Shown: piece by piece, positions 1 to 9,243 of the stretch | How positions within the stretch are numbered: position 1 is the first letter of the stretch | Layout: every line of letters starts with the position of its first letter | Assembly (NCBI GenBank): GCA_965238005.1 | Contig: OZ250165.1 | Coordinates: 320,001-384,000 of the forward strand | DNA from: Longimicrobiales bacterium | GTDB lineage: Bacteria > Gemmatimonadota > Gemmatimonadetes > Longimicrobiales > Gaopeijiaceae | Direction: 5' to 3' | DNA length: 64,000 nt | The notes under the pieces: model-generated | The model's input: the letters and a program-made list of their open reading frames with translations, nothing else | What the model was told of the DNA's origin: nothing | The model's database searches: none | Translations under genes and position numbers: made by a program

Positions 1-248
1 TGGATTGAGACCTGCGGTGTTGATCCGCCGTCACACAAAGCGTGCCGTGCGAAAACTTTTCAACGAACTTGACGGTGCGGCCAAGATTCGGTCCGATGAT
101 GTTGTACGCCAAAACGATATCTTTTACACCCACTTCGGCCAACATTTCCGCTTCGGAAAACGTCGCGCACTTGTGTTTTGTGACCCCCAGATCCATCTGC
201 AACTGCACGAACTTCGCTGGTGTCTTCGATTCGATAGTGTTCGTCCAT
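1..248 (-). pseudogene. D-threonine aldolase/DSD1-type PLP enzyme, 5' part with internal deletion and frameshift; runs off the window
   Basis: MDEHYRIEDTSEV jumps out of frame to VQLQMDLGVTKHKCATFSEAEMLAEVGVKDIVLAY; the usual RPHxKTHK segment is absent. Confidence 0.7.
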
Positions 249-372
249 TTGGTCGCTCGAAGAAGCTTCGTGACGATGGATTTTCGACATCGTAACTGTC
301 ATCCGATCAATCACAAGAAGCGGAGGTCTACGATGAGCTTGTTCGATGTGCTCTTCGGATCTGGCGACGACA

Positions 373-1713
373 ATGAATGAGGCCGGCCCGGGAAGCGTGC
401 GGAATGAGGGACTGGTGCGTGTGATCGGAGTCGGCGCACTTGGCCTAGGCGTTGTGAACATGGTGGTCGGTGCAGGAATTTTTGTTTTGCCGGGCCGCGT
501 CGCAGCGGAGCTGGGATCTGCCGCGATCCTCGCTTACCTCGTCTGTTCGGTCGCCGTGGCGCTGATCTTCCTGTGCTTTGCGGAAGTCGGCAGCCGCATA
601 ACCCGCAGTGGCGGCGCTTACGCGTACATCGAAGAAGCGTTCGGACCGCTTGCCGGATTCATCGCGTCGATATTGTTGTGGTTCGGCTATCTCGCCCTAT
701 CGGATGCTGCCATCACCGTCGCCATGGTCGAAACAATGACCATCGCGTTTCCGGTTCTTGGCGAGCGCATTCCACGCGCACTGTTCATCATCGCCCTGTT
801 CATGTTCTTGACCGTCGTGAACATCAAGGGCGTCAAGGCGGGCGTACGATTATACGTGTTCAACACGCTGGCCAAGTTGATCCCGCTGCTACTGCTGTTG
901 GTCGCCGGACTGTTCGCCATCAACGTGGAGAATCTTGCGATTCCCGTGTGGCCTTCCGCTCAACAGATGGGAGCAGGTGCGATCCTCCTGTTTTTTGCCT
1001 TCACCGGGGCGGAAGCTGCGCTGAACGCCAGTGGAGAAATCAAAAACCCATCGAAGACCGTGCCGATGGGGCTGTTGATCGGGATCGGGGTTCTTCTTGT
1101 GCTTTACGTTGGGCTACAAACGGTCGCGCAGGGCGTGCTCGGGCCCGAACTTGCAAACAACACCGAAGCGCCGTTGGCGGCTGTTGCGGTCGAAGTGTTC
1201 GGCGGCTGGGGCGGCAAGATGCTGCTCGTGGGCGTTGTTATTTCGATCTATGGCGCGATCAGCGGAGACATGCTGGGCGCCCCGAGGGTCATATTCGCAT
1301 CATCACTGGACGATAACCTACCGAAGGTTCTGTCGAAGGTGCATCCAAAGTACAAGACGCCGTATGTGGCCGTGATTTTCTTCGCAATTGTGGTATGCGC
1401 GTTTGCGCTGAGTGGCACCTTCAGGTATCTGGCCGTGTTCGCGACCGGGTCGCTGCTGCTCATCGACCTCGGCGTGAGCCTTGCCGTGCTGCGTTTGCGC
1501 CAGCGTGACGGTCTGCCCAAAGCCGGTGAGTTCCGATTGCCATTCGGACCTCTCGTTCCGCTTTTGAGCTGCCTCATCGTCGGCTGGCTGCTCCTTCAAG
1601 TGCCGGCCGAAGAAGCCATAAGCATCGCCGGGCTTGTCAGCGCCTCGGTCGTCGCATACGCCATTCGAGCTATGCTTCGTGGATCATGGAGCGGCAATAA
1701 GCCGGCGGCGTAG
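373..1713 (+). CDS. APC-family amino acid permease
   Basis: About 12 hydrophobic segments; VGAGIFVLP, GGAYAY, FAFTGAE and HPKYKTP motifs. Confidence 0.92.
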   Translation: MNEAGPGSVRNEGLVRVIGVGALGLGVVNMVVGAGIFVLPGRVAAELGSAAILAYLVCSVAVALIFLCFAEVGSRITRSGGAYAYIEEAFGPLAGFIASILLWFGYLALSDAAITVAMVETMTIAFPVLGERIPRALFIIALFMFLTVVNIKGVKAGVRLYVFNTLAKLIPLLLLLVAGLFAINVENLAIPVWPSAQQMGAGAILLFFAFTGAEAALNASGEIKNPSKTVPMGLLIGIGVLLVLYVGLQTVAQGVLGPELANNTEAPLAAVAVEVFGGWGGKMLLVGVVISIYGAISGDMLGAPRVIFASSLDDNLPKVLSKVHPKYKTPYVAVIFFAIVVCAFALSGTFRYLAVFATGSLLLIDLGVSLAVLRLRQRDGLPKAGEFRLPFGPLVPLLSCLIVGWLLLQVPAEEAISIAGLVSASVVAYAIRAMLRGSWSGNKPAA

Positions 1714-1795
1714 CCGCTGGATCACAACTCTTCATGGCTGGCCAACTACATCCAGGAGCGCGTTACCGAGCTACAGAGTGGTTTGGGTTTGGAAG

Positions 1796-2878
1796 CTAGA
1801 GCGAAGCCTGGCGCCCCATAGTCGCCAAATGCACCGCGTCTCTGAGCATTGACGCCGCTGTCGGTACGGGTTCACGCTCCCATATCTTGTGGAACGTTCT
1901 TCCGTAGATATCACTCTGAATTTCGACTGCCATCTCCCAACCGCTACACCCGCCCAGAAAGCTCGCGATTGGCACAGGCGTAGGCTCGACCCGGAAACGC
2001 CATTCGGTATCGATGCGTTCGGCAGTAGCTACCAGCTTAAGCACTGTTTCGTCGCGACGGCACTGCTGCAGCCGGTCGGCCTGCACGTCCTCAATGCCAG
2101 TCACGTTCACGTCGGCGAGCGTTATGATCGTGTCTCCGATGCTATTTGCGGCGATGACGAGCTTGGCGGCCGTGTCCCAGCCGCCAACGTCGAGGCTCGG
2201 ATCAGCTTCCGCAATCCCTCTTTCTTGTGTTTCGCGGAGCGCGTCTGCATAGCCACGCCCATTAAGCATTTCTTCCAGAATGAAGTTCGTCGTGGCGTTG
2301 AAGATACCTCGGAAGCTCAATACGTTGCCGCAAACCATGTCACGCCTAACGATATTGAGCACGGGAAGCCCGCCACAGAACGCTGCGCTATAGAGGATAC
2401 CCACGTCGGCGTTCGTCGCGAGACCATTGAGCTCCTCGTGAGAGAGCGCCAAGGGAGCCTTGTTGGCCAACACCAGGTGCAGTCCGTGCTCCAGCCCCGC
2501 CCTACAATTCGAGAGGCCCGGCTCCCCGGTGTCGATGTTAAGCGGTGACGATTCCAGGAGAATCTCGCACGTGACCCTGTCGAGCGCTCCCGCCAGTGTC
2601 AGACCTTCGCAAAATTCGCGTAGCTCGCGAAGCTTCAGCCCACACACTTTGTGTTCCAGCAGGCGGGCAAGATCGAACCCATCATCACTCACCGCGACAC
2701 CGCTGCTGTCAACAACGCAATGGACGCTGAAAGAAAGGCCATATTTCTCTCTAAGGGTGTCGTCGCGCTCGATCAGAAGCCTGAGGAAACGGCGTCCGAC
2801 GTTACCCAGTCCGACTATTGCCAACCCAACTCGCTTCACCTGGGGACCCCCGTTGGGAATAGACTCATGGAGCGACAT
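1796..2878 (-). CDS. hom: Homoserine dehydrogenase (short form, no ACT domain)
   Basis: GLGNVG Rossmann motif, LANKAPL, GIFNATTNFIL, GIAEADPSLDVGGWDTAAKL. Confidence 0.88.
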   Translation of the reverse strand: MSLHESIPNGGPQVKRVGLAIVGLGNVGRRFLRLLIERDDTLREKYGLSFSVHCVVDSSGVAVSDDGFDLARLLEHKVCGLKLRELREFCEGLTLAGALDRVTCEILLESSPLNIDTGEPGLSNCRAGLEHGLHLVLANKAPLALSHEELNGLATNADVGILYSAAFCGGLPVLNIVRRDMVCGNVLSFRGIFNATTNFILEEMLNGRGYADALRETQERGIAEADPSLDVGGWDTAAKLVIAANSIGDTIITLADVNVTGIEDVQADRLQQCRRDETVLKLVATAERIDTEWRFRVEPTPVPIASFLGGCSGWEMAVEIQSDIYGRTFHKIWEREPVPTAASMLRDAVHLATMGRQASL

Positions 2879-3026
2879 CACGGCGGCTCGTACTGGTACT
2901 CGGCTACTCCGATTGAAACAAGGGACGAACGCGCGTCACGGGTGATTCGCTGCCGCACTCCTTAGTAGCATATTGAGACCGGTTTAGCGCACCCGATTTC
3001 CCTGGACAGTAGATTGGCGACACGAG

Positions 3027-3431
3027 TTGGGGTCCAGAGAGAGAGGGAACGGCGAAGACGTGGCAGAATGGCCTATGGCCATTCCTGTGGCGAGCCCGAA
3101 GAAGCGAAGCGACGAGGCGAGCCTGCAGCTCCCCCCGAATGTAGAAGTGTTGAAGCGGGTGCTAAACGATGACGGCAAACGAAGAGACCGAGAGAACCCG
3201 CTGGAACGCGCCAGGTGGCACGCCAAGCAACGAGCCTTGGACGTGCTTTGCTTCCTGCGGGCGTACGGCGTGGCGGGCCTGGAACGTTGGGCGAGTGCCA
3301 GGTTGTCACCGCGCCGCCGGATTACGCAGCTGGCGATAGAGCGCCGGGCACTCAGGCTCTATCGGGCAAGTCGGCGGCGCCAAGCGATGAAAGGCCGGGC
3401 GAGTGGTCCCGGGAGAGGCAAGAGCCGGTAG
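3027..3431 (+). CDS. Hypothetical basic protein, possibly a gene remnant
   Basis: Open frame only; no motif recognised. Confidence 0.3.
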   Translation: MGSRERGNGEDVAEWPMAIPVASPKKRSDEASLQLPPNVEVLKRVLNDDGKRRDRENPLERARWHAKQRALDVLCFLRAYGVAGLERWASARLSPRRRITQLAIERRALRLYRASRRRQAMKGRASGPGRGKSR

Positions 3432-3515
3432 CGGGGCGTGTCGCGATACGGCGGCCGGATCCGGATTGGTCATGAGGTTCCCCGGGGACACCTATAGTTC
3501 GGCCTCTCGCGACCC

Positions 3516-3830
3516 TCAGTCCCAGTCGCCCTCGGCGTCCCTGCGTAGCGCGTCTGCGAGCTCGGGATCGCCCTCGCCGCGGCGGACGGAGCGCTCGACG
3601 AGATCGACCCGTCGGCCCAGATCGGCGAGCCCGGCGGCGCGGGCGACGGCGTAGATCGCGGCGGCGACTGCCGCGAGCGCCAGGGCCAGGTCCAAGGCGA
3701 TGCTCACGCCATGGTCGGCGAGGACCACGGACCAGAACGGCGCCAGGTACTCGAGCCGGGCTCCGCCGAGCAGGACGGCTGAACCGGCTAGAGCGGCGGT
3801 CAGGCCGGCGCCGATCTTCCAGGGTTGCAC
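3516..3830 (-). CDS. Small membrane protein of the conjugative module
   Basis: Two hydrophobic helices; follows the 293-aa gene directly once the IS is removed; a paralogous fragment lies at about 17423-17480. Confidence 0.65.
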   Translation of the reverse strand: MQPWKIGAGLTAALAGSAVLLGGARLEYLAPFWSVVLADHGVSIALDLALALAAVAAAIYAVARAAGLADLGRRVDLVERSVRRGEGDPELADALRRDAEGDWD

Positions 3831-3843
3831 GGGAGTCCCCTAG

Positions 3844-5444
3844 GAGTCTGCGCCGCAGAACCCTGCGGCGGCTATCTTTGGTGGTAGCGAAGGCATTGGG
3901 AAGGCTTGCGGATCACCGAGGGGGGTGAATGGGAACGACATTTCGACCGTACGATCCGGAGCAGATGTTGTTGCTGCCTCCGGATCTTCGGGAGTGGGTG
4001 TCGGAGGGTCATTTGGCGCACCATGTGAGCGACCTGGTGGACGCGGTGGAGCTGAGCGCGTTCTACGGGCGGTACCGGGGGGACGGGCGGCGCAACTCGC
4101 CGTACGACCCTCGGATGATGGTCAAGGTGCTGATCTACGCGTATGCGACGGGCACCTTCTCGTCGCGGAAGATGGCGAGGAAGCTGGAGGAGGATGTCGC
4201 GTTTCGGATGCTGGCGGCGGAGAACTTCCCGAAGCACCGGACGCTGTGCGAGTTCCGCAAGCGCCATCTCGGGGATTTCCGGGCGGTGTTTGTGGAGGTG
4301 GTGATGCTCGCGCGGGCCTTGGGGCTGGCGGGGCTTGGCAGGGTGTCGGTGGACGGGACGAAGGTTCGGGCGAACGCGAACAAGCGCAAGGCGATGAGCT
4401 ACGGCCGGATGGTGACCGGGGAGCCTCGGCTGGAGGCGGAGATCCGGGGGCTGTTGGAGAGGGCCGAGGCGGTGGACGAAGCGGAAGACGAGCGCTACGG
4501 CGAGGAAGCATGCGGAGACGAGGTGCCGGAGGAGCTCAAGCGGCGCGAGGACCGGCTGGCGGCGATCCGGGAGGCGAAGGCGCGCCTGGAAGCCGAGCAG
4601 AGAGCGGCGGACGACGCACGGGGCCGCAAGCCGGGGCAGACGCGCAACCCGAAGGGCGGCAGGCCCTACAAGCGGGAGTACGGAGAGCCGGACGAGGCGG
4701 CGCAGAGCAACTTCACGGACCCTGAGAGCCGGATCATGAAGACGAGTTCGGAGGGGTTCCAGCAGTGCTACAACGCACAGACGGTCGTGGAGGGGGAGAA
4801 CCAGCTGGTGGTCGGGGCCGAGGTGACGGACAACGCGAGCGACCAGGGCCAGCTGGTGCCCATGGTCGACGCGGTGGCGCAAGCGTACGGCGAGACGCCG
4901 GCGCAGGTGCTGGCGGACACGGGCTATTGCAACGAGCGGGATCTCGAGGAACTGGAAGAGCGAGACATCGACGGGTATGTGGCGCTGGCCCGGGAGGGCA
5001 AGGCCGCCCCCACGGTTGACAAGGAGGAATATCCGGCGAAAGTCCGCATGGCGGAGAAGCTGGCGAGCGAAGATGGCCGCAGACGCTACGCACGGCGAAA
5101 GTCGCAGGCCGAGGCGCCCATCGGCTGGATCAAGGAAGTGATGGGCTTTCGACGATTCAGCTTCCGGGGCCTCGAGAAGGTCCGGGCCGAGTGGACCCTC
5201 GTGTGCCTGGCACTCAATGTGAAGCGGCTGCACACCCTTCAGGCGGCATGACTGCACGAGGGTTCACCCGCATCTGCCGGCGCGAGGGCTCTCGTAGCTC
5301 TCTTGCCCCCCCAACGCATCCATTCCGCTCTCCCGATCCGTCGCAGACACAAGTCCTCAACCTCCCAATCACCCGGATCCGCCTCGCCGCGGACGGCTCG
5401 ATGACCATTCGGCTCAGTCAGCTGTGCTTCTGCGGCGCAGACTC
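3844..5444 (+). mobile_element. IS1182-family insertion sequence, complete
   Basis: Terminal IRs GAGTCTGCGCCGCAGAA / TTCTGCGGCGCAGACTC; CTAG on both sides (3840-3843, 5445-5448). Confidence 0.92.
3929..5251 (+). CDS. IS1182-family DDE transposase
   Basis: FRPYDPEQMLLLPPDLREW N-terminus, SVDGTK, YNAQ, LADTGY, GFRRFSFRG. Confidence 0.92.
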   Translation: MGTTFRPYDPEQMLLLPPDLREWVSEGHLAHHVSDLVDAVELSAFYGRYRGDGRRNSPYDPRMMVKVLIYAYATGTFSSRKMARKLEEDVAFRMLAAENFPKHRTLCEFRKRHLGDFRAVFVEVVMLARALGLAGLGRVSVDGTKVRANANKRKAMSYGRMVTGEPRLEAEIRGLLERAEAVDEAEDERYGEEACGDEVPEELKRREDRLAAIREAKARLEAEQRAADDARGRKPGQTRNPKGGRPYKREYGEPDEAAQSNFTDPESRIMKTSSEGFQQCYNAQTVVEGENQLVVGAEVTDNASDQGQLVPMVDAVAQAYGETPAQVLADTGYCNERDLEELEERDIDGYVALAREGKAAPTVDKEEYPAKVRMAEKLASEDGRRRYARRKSQAEAPIGWIKEVMGFRRFSFRGLEKVRAEWTLVCLALNVKRLHTLQAA

Positions 5445-6326
5445 CTAGAGCTCGATCGCGGCCGGGTCGTACTCCGCGGGGCCGCGCAGGGAGCTACGAT
5501 CGTTGCCCGGTCCGAGGATTCGGAGGACCCGTCTCCCGGCCGCTCCGTTGGCGTGCATCCGGAACCCTGCGGCGGCCTTGGCCCGAACCGATCCCTGGCG
5601 GTAGTGCCCCGAGGCGACCTCGATGTTGACGCGGCCGCCGCGCCCGTCGGAGTCGGCGTACTCGATCTGCGCGTCGGGGTAGAGGACGCGGCCCTGTCCG
5701 TCGATGGGCAGACCGAGTTCCTCGGCCGCGCGATGCCGTTCGGCATCGGCGGCCTTCCGGCCCTCCCGCACCCGCACGGCCTCGCTCCGGCGTGCGACGG
5801 TGCCCTTGAGCTCGCCGTCCAAGCGGACACGCCGGACCCGGGCGCCCCGCTCGAGCAGGCGTTGGCGTTCGAGCCCGCAGGCCCTGTAGATCGCGGTGTC
5901 GTGTGCGAGCTGGGAGCGTTGGAGGCGAGCGATACCGATCTCCTGGCCGGGATCCAGCCCTCGCGCGGAGGCCAGCTCACGTGTGGCGGCGACGCCGCTC
6001 CGTGTGAGCGTCAGAACCTTGAACGGGTTGCCGTTGGGTCCAGTGGCTCGGGTTTCTTGGGCGAGCCCTTCGCGGATCCAGGCGTTCACGGCCCGCCGGG
6101 TGGTGTAAGGATGCCCTCCGAAATGGGTCTCGGCCAGGTCCCGGAACGAGACGCAGCGGTAGATGCCCACATCGGCGAGCGCCCGCTCGGAGCGGTCGCG
6201 GAAGGAGATGGACCCGGCGCCCTCGCGCGCGTCGTATTCTCGGCGATGGCCGTCCCGCATGCGGTAGTGAGTGCGGCTTTGTGGCGGGGCGGGGCGCGGG
6301 TCCGATTCGATCGTTCGGTCCATCAT
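5445..6326 (-). CDS. Winged-helix plus PD-(D/E)XK protein, Replic_Relax-like
   Basis: wHTH-like N-terminus (RDLAETHF..RRAVNAWIREGL..LTLTRSG), LAHD, YPDAQIEY..NIEVASGHY..K; lies in a transfer gene cluster. Confidence 0.6.
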   Translation of the reverse strand: MMDRTIESDPRPAPPQSRTHYRMRDGHRREYDAREGAGSISFRDRSERALADVGIYRCVSFRDLAETHFGGHPYTTRRAVNAWIREGLAQETRATGPNGNPFKVLTLTRSGVAATRELASARGLDPGQEIGIARLQRSQLAHDTAIYRACGLERQRLLERGARVRRVRLDGELKGTVARRSEAVRVREGRKAADAERHRAAEELGLPIDGQGRVLYPDAQIEYADSDGRGGRVNIEVASGHYRQGSVRAKAAAGFRMHANGAAGRRVLRILGPGNDRSSLRGPAEYDPAAIEL

Positions 6327-6344
6327 GTTGTCCCTCCTTGGGCG

Positions 6345-7382
6345 TCAGCGGCGCGGGCCGAAGCTCCGGCTCGGAACCGGCGGCAGCGGAAGCTCCGGCC
6401 GGACGGCGGGCTCGGGAGTGGGAGCGGGAGCGGGAGCGCGGGTGGCGGCCACCGCCGCCGGCTCGGGCTCGCGCTCGCGGCTCCGGGCCAGCACGAAGTC
6501 GGAGATCTTCTGTGCGTCGGCCGCGGCGCGGCGGATCTCCCTCGGATCCTCCTCGAGGGCGGCGACCCACCCCTCGACGTAGGCGGCCCCTCGGCTCGGG
6601 TCATGGCCGACGCCCACGCGCTCGCCGGTCATCATGGCGCTGATCTCTGCGCGGAGCTCCTCCTTCGCGTAGGCCGGCGAACCGAACCCGTCGGCGATCC
6701 CTTGGGTGAGCGTGGCGCGGTTCATCCGCTCCGGATGGCCCGTGCTGTGCCCCAGCTCGTGGAGCGCGGTCTGGTAGTAGTGGTTGGCCGAGGGGAACTG
6801 TCCCCTCTCCGGAAGCACGATCTCGTCGTTGTTCAGCGAGTAGAACGCGCGGTCGCCCGCCACGTGACGGACGGGGACCCCGCTGTCCTCGAGGACGCGT
6901 TCGGCCTGCTGGTGGGCCTTCCAGGGCGGCTCGGCAGTGGGTGTGGGCCGGGCCGGGAGCCCGTCGGCCTGCTCGGCGTTGAACACGGTGTACTGCCGGA
7001 CGAACGGCTTGGGCAGGCGCTCGTAGCGGTAGACGCGCTTGCCTTCGTTGTCCCTGACGGGCCGACCGCGCTCGTCGGTGACGGCGATCTTCCGGTGGTC
7101 CTGGAAGGAGAGGATGCGAGTGCCCTGCTCGCCCTTCCGCACCTGTCCGTCCCGGGCTTGGATCTGGCGGTAGGTGCCCCAGCGCACGTCGCCGTAGCCG
7201 CGGTCCTGCTGGACGGCGGCAAGGTGCAGGCTGTTGCCGCCCGCGTACGAGCGGCCGGTATCGACGTTCGAGGGGAGGACGCGCTCGCCCGGCCCCCAGG
7301 GCTTCTGCCAGGGCGCGGTGCCCTGGCGGATCTGCTCGATGATCACGTCTGCGAACTGGCGGTGATATTCGTCGTGTTTCAT
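6345..7382 (-). CDS. ardC: ArdC-family antirestriction ssDNA-binding protein with zincin-like domain
   Basis: GTAPWQKPW, YAGGNSLHL, WGTYRQI, YTVFNAEQ, HELGHSTGH, YAKEELRAE. Confidence 0.9.
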   Translation of the reverse strand: MKHDEYHRQFADVIIEQIRQGTAPWQKPWGPGERVLPSNVDTGRSYAGGNSLHLAAVQQDRGYGDVRWGTYRQIQARDGQVRKGEQGTRILSFQDHRKIAVTDERGRPVRDNEGKRVYRYERLPKPFVRQYTVFNAEQADGLPARPTPTAEPPWKAHQQAERVLEDSGVPVRHVAGDRAFYSLNNDEIVLPERGQFPSANHYYQTALHELGHSTGHPERMNRATLTQGIADGFGSPAYAKEELRAEISAMMTGERVGVGHDPSRGAAYVEGWVAALEEDPREIRRAAADAQKISDFVLARSREREPEPAAVAATRAPAPAPTPEPAVRPELPLPPVPSRSFGPRR

Positions 7383-7567
7383 CGGTCTTCCTCCTCCTGC
7401 CGGCCCGCGTCCCGGATCTCGTCTTCGGTGCCCACGTCCTCGGGGAAGAGGCCGTACTCCTCGGCCAGCGCGGCCGGCACCTCGAGGGCCTCGCCGCCGT
7501 CCCGCGCGAGCTCGCGGTCGAACTCGTCGAGCGTCTCGACGCGAACGATGTTCTCGTCGCTTTCCAT
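7379..7567 (-). CDS. 62-aa highly acidic hypothetical protein
   Basis: AAGGAG RBS; stop overlaps the ardC start (ATGA); 23 D/E, 6 R, no K. Confidence 0.7.
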   Translation of the reverse strand: MESDENIVRVETLDEFDRELARDGGEALEVPAALAEEYGLFPEDVGTEDEIRDAGRQEEEDR

Positions 7568-7571
7568 GGCT

Positions 7572-8555
7572 TCACTCCTTGGCTGTTGGTTCTTCATTGG
7601 GCTTGCTCCAGATGGGTTCGGTGAGCCAGCGGTTGGCGGCCGCGTCGTAGCCCTGGACCTCGAGTGCTTCCTCGACGAACCGCCGGCCCCGGCGCCGGGC
7701 CATGTGGACGACGAGCGAGATGCCGTCGACCACGCCCCTGCAGGTGACCTCCCAGGGGAGCGCGCCGCCAGCCTGCATCGCACAGCTCGCCAGGCGCGAG
7801 AGCGCGGAGCGGGCGTTGTTCGCGTGCACCGTGGTCAGCGATCCGCCGTGGCCGGTGTTGAGCGCCTGCAGGAGGTCGGCCGCCTCGCCGCCGCGCACCT
7901 CGCCGACGACGATGTGGTCGGGCCGGTGGCGAAGCGCGTGCCGGACCAGCTCGCGGATCGATACGGGTGCCTCGGGGCCGGCGGCCCCGGCCTCGAAGCG
8001 GAGGCAGTTCGCGCGGTCGACCCTGAGCTCGAGCGTGTCCTCGATGGCGACGATCCGCTCTTCCTCGGGCAGGAGCTCGATCAGGGCGTTCAGTAGCGTG
8101 GTCTTCCCCGAGCCGGTGCCTCCGGAGACCAGGACGTTCCGCCGGGAAGTGAGAGCGTTGCGGGCGGCGCGGAACACGCTCTCGGGCAGCGCGCCCTGGC
8201 GCACGAGATCTTCGGCCGAGAACGCGCGGCCCCCGAACCGGCGTATGGTGATGGCGACCTCGGGACTCGCGGGCGGCGTGCAGATGGCGACCCTTGAGCC
8301 GTCATCGAGACGGGCATCGAGGATGGGTCTGGCGGCGGGATCGAGGCCGAGCGGCCGCGCGATGTGGATCGCGGCGCGGTGGAGCCAGGCGGCGGTGAGT
8401 CCCGGCGCCTCGTGGGGCTCGAGTCGGCCGCCTCGCTCGATCCAGACGTTGCCGGGTCCGTTGATCATGATCTCGGAGACCTCCGGGTCCTCGAGGAGCG
8501 TCTCCAGGCCCGGAAGGAACGGCTTCAGGTGCGCGATCCCGCTTGCGCGCTTCAT
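7572..8555 (-). CDS. VirB11/TrbB/CpaF-type secretion ATPase
   Basis: DPEVSEIMING, Walker A GGTGSGKTT, IEDTLEL, LRHRPDHIVVGEVRG, NTGHGGSLTTVHAN. Confidence 0.92.
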   Translation of the reverse strand: MKRASGIAHLKPFLPGLETLLEDPEVSEIMINGPGNVWIERGGRLEPHEAPGLTAAWLHRAAIHIARPLGLDPAARPILDARLDDGSRVAICTPPASPEVAITIRRFGGRAFSAEDLVRQGALPESVFRAARNALTSRRNVLVSGGTGSGKTTLLNALIELLPEEERIVAIEDTLELRVDRANCLRFEAGAAGPEAPVSIRELVRHALRHRPDHIVVGEVRGGEAADLLQALNTGHGGSLTTVHANNARSALSRLASCAMQAGGALPWEVTCRGVVDGISLVVHMARRRGRRFVEEALEVQGYDAAANRWLTEPIWSKPNEEPTAKE

Positions 8556-9091
8556 ATCCGGCCCTCCTCGCGGAGCCGCCAGTAGCCCACGTCCCTCGGC
8601 AGGTAGTGGGGTTTCAGGTAGACGCGCCGGGCAGGGAGCGACTTCGTGCCGTCGTAGGGCAGACAGATCGCCTGGTAGTTGGCCAACAGCGCGAACTCGC
8701 GCGGCGTGAACACGGGCTCCCTCTGCTGCCGGAACGACTTGCTCGCGCCGATCGTGCCGCGGCCCCCGCCGGCTCGCCCGGACAAGAGCGAGAACTCGGG
8801 CCTGCCCGTGGTCTCGGTGAACGTGTAGGAGGGCTGCGTCTTCATGACGCTGCCGCACATCTCGGACGCGATCCGGGCCGACGACTCGTCGGACAGCGAC
8901 AGGAAGATCCGGGTGCGGAGCGTCTGGAGGAGCGTGCGCCAGGCCTCGCCTCCGGGCAGCACGGAGCGGAGCGAGGAGATCGACTGCGTGGCGACGATCG
9001 GGACGCAGCGGCACTGCCGGGTGAGCGCGAACGCCTTCTCGTCGCCCGAGGGATCGTCCTGGCCGACGGTCGCGAACGCCTGGTACTCCTT
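8552..9091 (-). pseudogene. VirD4/TraD coupling protein, C-terminal fragment
   Basis: Begins at a broken Walker B (EYQAF), then IVATQSISSL and TRIFLSLSD; in-frame stop immediately upstream. Confidence 0.8.
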
Positions 9092-9207
9092 CTACGCACT
9101 GTCCATCTAGGTTCCAGGAAGTCCCATAAGACAAGTGAAGTTGTTGTAGGGGATATACTTATGTTATATTGCCATCTCAGGAAGGCCGCTATATTCCAAG
9201 ACCTAAA

Positions 9208-9241
9208 GGGTGATCCACGGGGTGATCGCAAAAGGGTGACC
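9208..9241 (+). repeat. Three GGGTGAYC direct repeats upstream of the integrase, probable arm-type sites
   Basis: GGGTGATC at 9208 and 9220, GGGTGACC at 9234. Confidence 0.55.
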
Positions 9242-9243
9242 AG

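Noticed and set aside
5424..8096. 890-aa plus-strand ORF and many other long ORFs antisense to real genes
   Set aside because: Shadow frames of GC-rich coding DNA; the opposite strand carries recognisable families.
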